Assembly (NCBI GenBank): GCA_964527555.1
Contig: CAZGOG010000007.1
Location: 1-60,378 of the forward strand
DNA length: 60,378 bases
Direction: 5' to 3'
From: an uncultured Planctomycetia bacterium
Lineage (GTDB): Bacteria; Omnitrophota; Gorgyraeia; Tantalellales; Tantalellaceae
Below, in pieces: positions 45,301-51,300 of this stretch; within the stretch, counting starts at the first letter, position 1, and every line of letters starts with the position of its first letter. A program made the translations under genes and the position numbers. The notes under the pieces were generated by a model. It did not search any database. It was not told where the DNA came from and was given only the letters and a program-made list of their open reading frames with translations.

Positions 45301-48300
45301 ATACGACGGGGTTATCCTCGCTTGCGAGAGAAGGGAGGCTTCCCGCTTCCCATCGTCAGAGATGATACCGCTATCGGCAATACTTGAAAAAAGCTCTTTA
45401 ACGGCGGATAAAAAAGAAGCTATAAAGAAAAAAGCGGAGATCACAGAAAGCGTTGAGGAAGAGATGTTTCACGTTTTTACTTACCGGACTACCAAGCCCT
45501 CTAAACCCACCGCGACAATAAAAAGCATCAAGGACTGGATGGCGCCCGAGATGAATGATGAGGAGTATTCGCTTCGCATAGCGCCGCGCCTTGAAGAAGC
45601 CATCTTTTTTCTTATACCGATGCTGATAGGACATTTTGCATTTGGTATAGACAGTTTATGGACGGTTTGTTTAATGGCGCTTGCAAGAGGAGTATTTTTC
45701 TTTATGCACGAAGGCGCGCGGGAGCATGCCCCGCCGGAAAAGTACGAAATCCCGCTGGCAGTTTCAGTCTCTGGTTTTACTCTGTCTATTCTTCCGATCT
45801 TTTTTTCGGCACTTCTATTAAACCCCTTTATAGTAATTTTGTTTCTTACTTTTGCAGCCATTACCGGCCATTGGGCGGCCAATAAATTTGCTATTACCCG
45901 ACAGCTGACTCCCGCTGCCATTTCTTTAGAAGGCGACCCAGAGAAAAATTTCCAGGAAGCCTTAATAAAACTGAAAGAAGGCACGACAGAGGAGAAGATA
46001 GACGCCTGTAGTCAACTGGCAGAAATTGGCAGGACGGAGGCAATAAGACACATTATAAAAGCGGGAAGCGGTTACGGCGTAGATTCCAGGCTGAAGATCG
46101 CTGTAATAGACGCTCTGGCGACCCTTAAAAGGGTGCCGCTTAAAAAGCGGGAGACAACCGAAATTGGATCCAGTATCCCCGGTATCATCAATAGCGTTCT
46201 TAGCGAGATGGGGATATCTGAGGATAGCGTGAGGATCTGCGGCCCTTACGAGAAGATAAGGATCAAATTTGATCTTTCAGATTCGCCTAAGAACAAGATA
46301 CACCGCCTGGAAACCTTGCTGCGGGAAAAATTCGGCCTTGCTCACATAAACGCCAACTTTTATATTTGTGATCCCGAAACGCTTGTGATCGAATTCCAGC
46401 TAAGCGTTGAAAACCTGACCGCGTTCTGGCGGGCACTCGGGACTATGGATCTCAAAGTCGATGAGGAAGGCAATTACAGAAAGTTCACCATGGTGGAGCT
46501 TGTCGGCAAAATAAAAGAAAGGACCCAGATGCTGCTTGACGGCATGGAACTGGAGCTTGATATGCTTGATGCGACCCTGCCGGAAGATGCCGGTAAATAT
46601 GAGGATCCGAAACTATACGAGAAATACCGTTCGCTCTACTTCTTTGTCTACGGGGACGGCACCAATACAAATCCCGGTTTGATAAATATTATGCAGGACC
46701 CCGAAAAGATGCGCGCTATAAGCGACAGTGAAGACATGACGCGTTACAAGGGAGAGCGTGAGGCCAGTAAAGTGAAGCAGGTAGACGGGAAGAGGTATGT
46801 TTCATACGGGGATTCCCAGCTTTTAAAAGTGGAATCGGTCAAAGGTCGGATGAACTATTGTTCAGTCAATGACATGATTACGATGGCGGAGTCTAACCCC
46901 TATTTCGTGAACTATCTTGAACATGTGTACGAAGAAAAATACGGCGCTGATGGAATAAAACGATGGATCTACCTGGCCAGGGCCGCCGGAAGCGTCTTCC
47001 AGACAGCCTATACCATGGATATTATCCGCAACCAGGAATCCAGTGACAATATGTTTTTTATCTCGCAGGACACGGTATCTCCTTATGATTTATACGGAGC
47101 AAGGATCGCCAGTTTAGTGGGACACTCCGGTGACGATCCCGATAAAGATTTTCAGTGGCTTGAGAGTATAATCATGAAAGATCTGGATAATAAATATACC
47201 GAAAGAGAAGAAAAATGGCGTGAACTGCTTGATTCTATATGGGGGCAGCTCGAAACTTCCTGTATTCTGGAGGGTGTAAAAGCCGGCGAACATATTATGG
47301 TGGTGGATGAGATCGCTAACGGGACCTACGATTTCATGTTCAAATATATTGTCGAGAAAAAGACACTTGAAAAAGACCAGGAAAGATACCAGAAAGAGCT
47401 GCAGGAGTTGTGCGAAAGAGGAGAGGGCGAAAATGGAGCGGAGAAAGGAAAAATAAGACCGCCCCAGCCGATATACGTGGATATATTTGTCGGAAAACCC
47501 AGAACGGCTGAGATCAGAGGTTATCCGCGGATGGAAGCTGGCAAAATCATGGAAGATTTCGGGTTAACACGGTCTCAGGCTTTTGAAATTATAGAAGCGA
47601 TTTCGACCGTGGCGGATTTTATGCCGCACCCTGTCAAGGTAAGCGACGATATAAAGCCTCCGGTCCTGGATTCGGATTTCCCCATACAATTGGAAGAAAA
47701 CGATGTACTGGTCAGCAGTTACCTCAAGGCATTGCTTGGAGTAAACGGTATCATCGAATATCACGATACGATTTGTTTTAACCCCATAGTAGCTATGCTT
47801 AAAAGTGACAATGATCCTGAAGTCCGCAAGGCGGCAATTTCGGCGCTGGTTAAGTTTGACTATGCCGATATGGCGGAACGAGCGAAAAAAGTACTTATTG
47901 AGATCTCAAGTGAGGAATCCGATCCTTTTGTAAGGGGCGCAGCCGCAAACGCCGTGATAAGTATTATCGTTCGTCAGCTGGGGGATTCCATAAGATTTCA
48001 TGAAAGCGGCATCGTTGAGGTTTTGGACATAAGAGAGCTTATGAAGAGAATAGACGTTATCATGGCGGCAGTAGACAGTCCTTACGCCCCGGCAAGGGAG
48101 TTTGCTCTGCATATGATATCTGTAATCAGTCCGGAATTTTTTAATCTTGTATCAAGTAAGCGCAGTACTTTGCCTGTTTCGTCAAAACCGATCATGGATG
48201 CGGCAAGGAAGAATAACTTCGCAGTTCCGGCGATAAACATAGGGCTTGGTAAGATTTCTCTGCATCTGCAGGCTGAAGCTGTCTTGAAAGCGGCAAGAGA

Positions 48301-51300
48301 TATGAATGCTACCGTTGGATTTAGCATCTTTGCGGAGGATTTCGAGAACTTTGATTATGAAAAAGAACTGCTTCCCGTTGAATGGACGGCGGAGGTGGCT
48401 GAAAACGTGTTCGATGAAACTGACCCTGTATATTTCTATCACTTTGAATACACCGGCGTAACAGAATTTGACAATCAGCAATTTGCCAGGTCTAAAAATC
48501 TTATTACCCGTGCTCTCGAGCAGGGATATACATCTATTTCGATTGACTGTTCGAGTCTTTCTATTGAGGGTAAAGTTTACGCCAAGGGAAAGGACCCCAA
48601 TGCAAAGGGCGCATTTCAGGGGATTTTTAGAAAAGTCGATGCAAAGAAAGAAAGCGGTGCGCTTTATGAAAAATTCGAACTTCTTAAGGAAAACACAGCG
48701 ACTCAAAAGTGGGAGTCAATCGGGACCATTACTATGAAAGACGGTGAAGTAGTAGAAGTTCCACAGTCCATGGAGCACTGGGGCGCTCAGAATATTTTAG
48801 TCGACAGGCAGCTATCCGCCCGAGAGAGGCTGGAGCATGTTATTAAAGCAACTGCTGAACTTTATTATCATACTATCAAAGAGGCCAGGCGCTTGGAAAT
48901 GAGTATCGGAATAGGGGCTGTTTTGGATGAAGCTGGTGCGGGGAGAACATTTTACAGCAAAGAGCAGCGTACATTTAAAAAAACCATTACTCTGCCGGAA
49001 GATGTTTCCGCTTTTCTTAAGGGTGTCACCGAAGCGGTTAACAGAAGATTGCGATTCGAACAAGAAATCGACATTCCTTTCGACACGATTGCTATTGATA
49101 ACGGGCTCAGTTATGGTTATAAATTTGACAGGGATGACAGGCTGGTGCCCCAGGGAGAAAAGGAAGTGGACCTGGAACGCACGGCAATGCTGGCAGAACT
49201 CGCCAAGGTAGGCATAACCCAGCACGGTTTTAGCGGGACAAAACCGGATGTAGCTGGAGCGTTCCCGTCAAAGGGGATTTCGAAAGTCAACGCAAGCCAT
49301 GAATGGAATGCCATTGTATGGCGTGTCCTGGAAGCTTACTGCCCCGATGTCTATCAAAAGGTCTTCAGGGCATCCCGGGAAAGGGCAATAATTGAAAACG
49401 CTCCCTTTGTAACAGGTGATGCCGATGCGGACTTCTGGAAGGCTAAAAACAGAATAGTTTTTGGCTACGCCAACAAAGTCTTCAGCGAAGCCAGCAGAAA
49501 AGGCGATTATGAGCTCATCAATAAAGTAAAAGATTCCCTTCAGAACAGCACCCGCCGAATGAACATAACGGGGGAAATCCCCGAGGATATCCCGGCGACA
49601 TATATTGTTCATGATATGCAGCTTAAAGATGATAACAAGGGACTTTTAGCTGTGGAACTCATCCAGCTTTTAACTTACCGGAAGGCACGACGGATTTTTA
49701 AGATAATGAATTGCGCCCGATCAAGTATGAAGATCGTAGAAGAAGGCGACAGGTTGCTGGGGGCGCAGCTGTCGGACCTTTTTCACAGGGAATATATTTT
49801 CACAAGTATCGGGACAACAAACTTTGAGGAGGCCACAAGTGACGTTTTTGAAAGAATAATCAAAGCCCACGGAAGGAACAAAAATACGGAAAGGCCCACG
49901 ATAAGTCTTTTTCTTGGAGCGCAGGCTTGTGGAAAGCGTTCAGTTCTTCGGGACATAACACAAAGGCTTGCCGACAGCCCCGCAGACGGAAAACCCCGCA
50001 TTCATGATATTTCCATGGAAGATGGATGGCTTGTTGGGCATTCACGCAGGCACGACACGAGCATTTTCGGCAACTATGACCTTACAGGCAGGCTGGGTTT
50101 CAGGGACTTCCTGCGGAACATAAGAGCGGGCGGCGATGGGTATAGGGCCTTTTTTAATAGAAATACCAGAAAAAGATGCCGTCTGGTAAATATGGAAAAG
50201 TTCGTTTCAGGCGACATCGAATATGTAGACGAAACTACGGCAACCCGCGAAATAAGAGAATTAATAAAACGCCTTAAAGAAGCCGGCGCGCAAGAATTCA
50301 GGATACAGGAGGTAACGCTTTTAAAGATCTTCGATGATGCGGGCAATTATCTGATAGAGGATAAAGATCTGTGCGAAGAGCTTGAAGAGAGTCTTAATCC
50401 AGTGCTAAAAGAAAAAGAAGAAGATCCCTATTTTGAAAGAAAGAACCTTTTTATCGATATCACTGAGAGGAAAGACGGCGCGTTTATAACGGGCGATATA
50501 GTCGAGAGGATAACTCCCGCGGAAAACGACATTTTCCTGATAACAAGCCGTGTTGCCGGCAATGACAAAGTATTCCTTCCGGAGGAAAGAGAGGAGCTGT
50601 TTGACGTTGTCATGGGTATATGGGCGCCTCCGGAACTCAGAAAAATAAAACTTATCCAGCAGATGCGCACAGGTCTGATTTACCGTTATGTTCCTGAAAA
50701 CGTTATTCTTTCCATGTTTGATAAGAAGATGATAACTGAGGAGATGACACAGATCGATCCGACGCTTTGGAATGCCGATGTGGTACTGCTTAATACAAGT
50801 ACTTTTGAAGATCTCATTATTAGCGAAGAACTGAGGGAGAAACTTCCAAATGCGCTCTTAAAAAAGGCATATGCAGTTCTTACGGATTATTTGGTTAGAT
50901 CCGGCAAGCCGGAACTCTCTCAGAAAGAGAAACTTAAAATCGGGGCAATACTTTCCGAATATGCGCAAGAAGCGCGGCAGAACGGAATAATAGAAAAAAT
51001 GGCTGCTATGGTTAAAGGATTGCAAGACGAAGTGATCAGACCGGGTCTTATGGAGGCGCGCAAACCCCTAAAAGAAGAAAAACCGATACTGGTTGGTTTA
51101 TCCATGGAGGTTTTCGGGGAACTGAACGAGAAGGATTTGGAGGAGCTGACTGAATTAGCAGTCCAGGTGGCTTTTCCGGAAGGGGCAAGCCGCGCCGAGA
51201 TGCTGGACGATCTTGAAAAAGCCAGAGAAAGGATGTCTTTGGATATAGCGGTGCTTATAGATGTGGATGATGGAGCAGAAAACGTGATGGATCTTATCCG

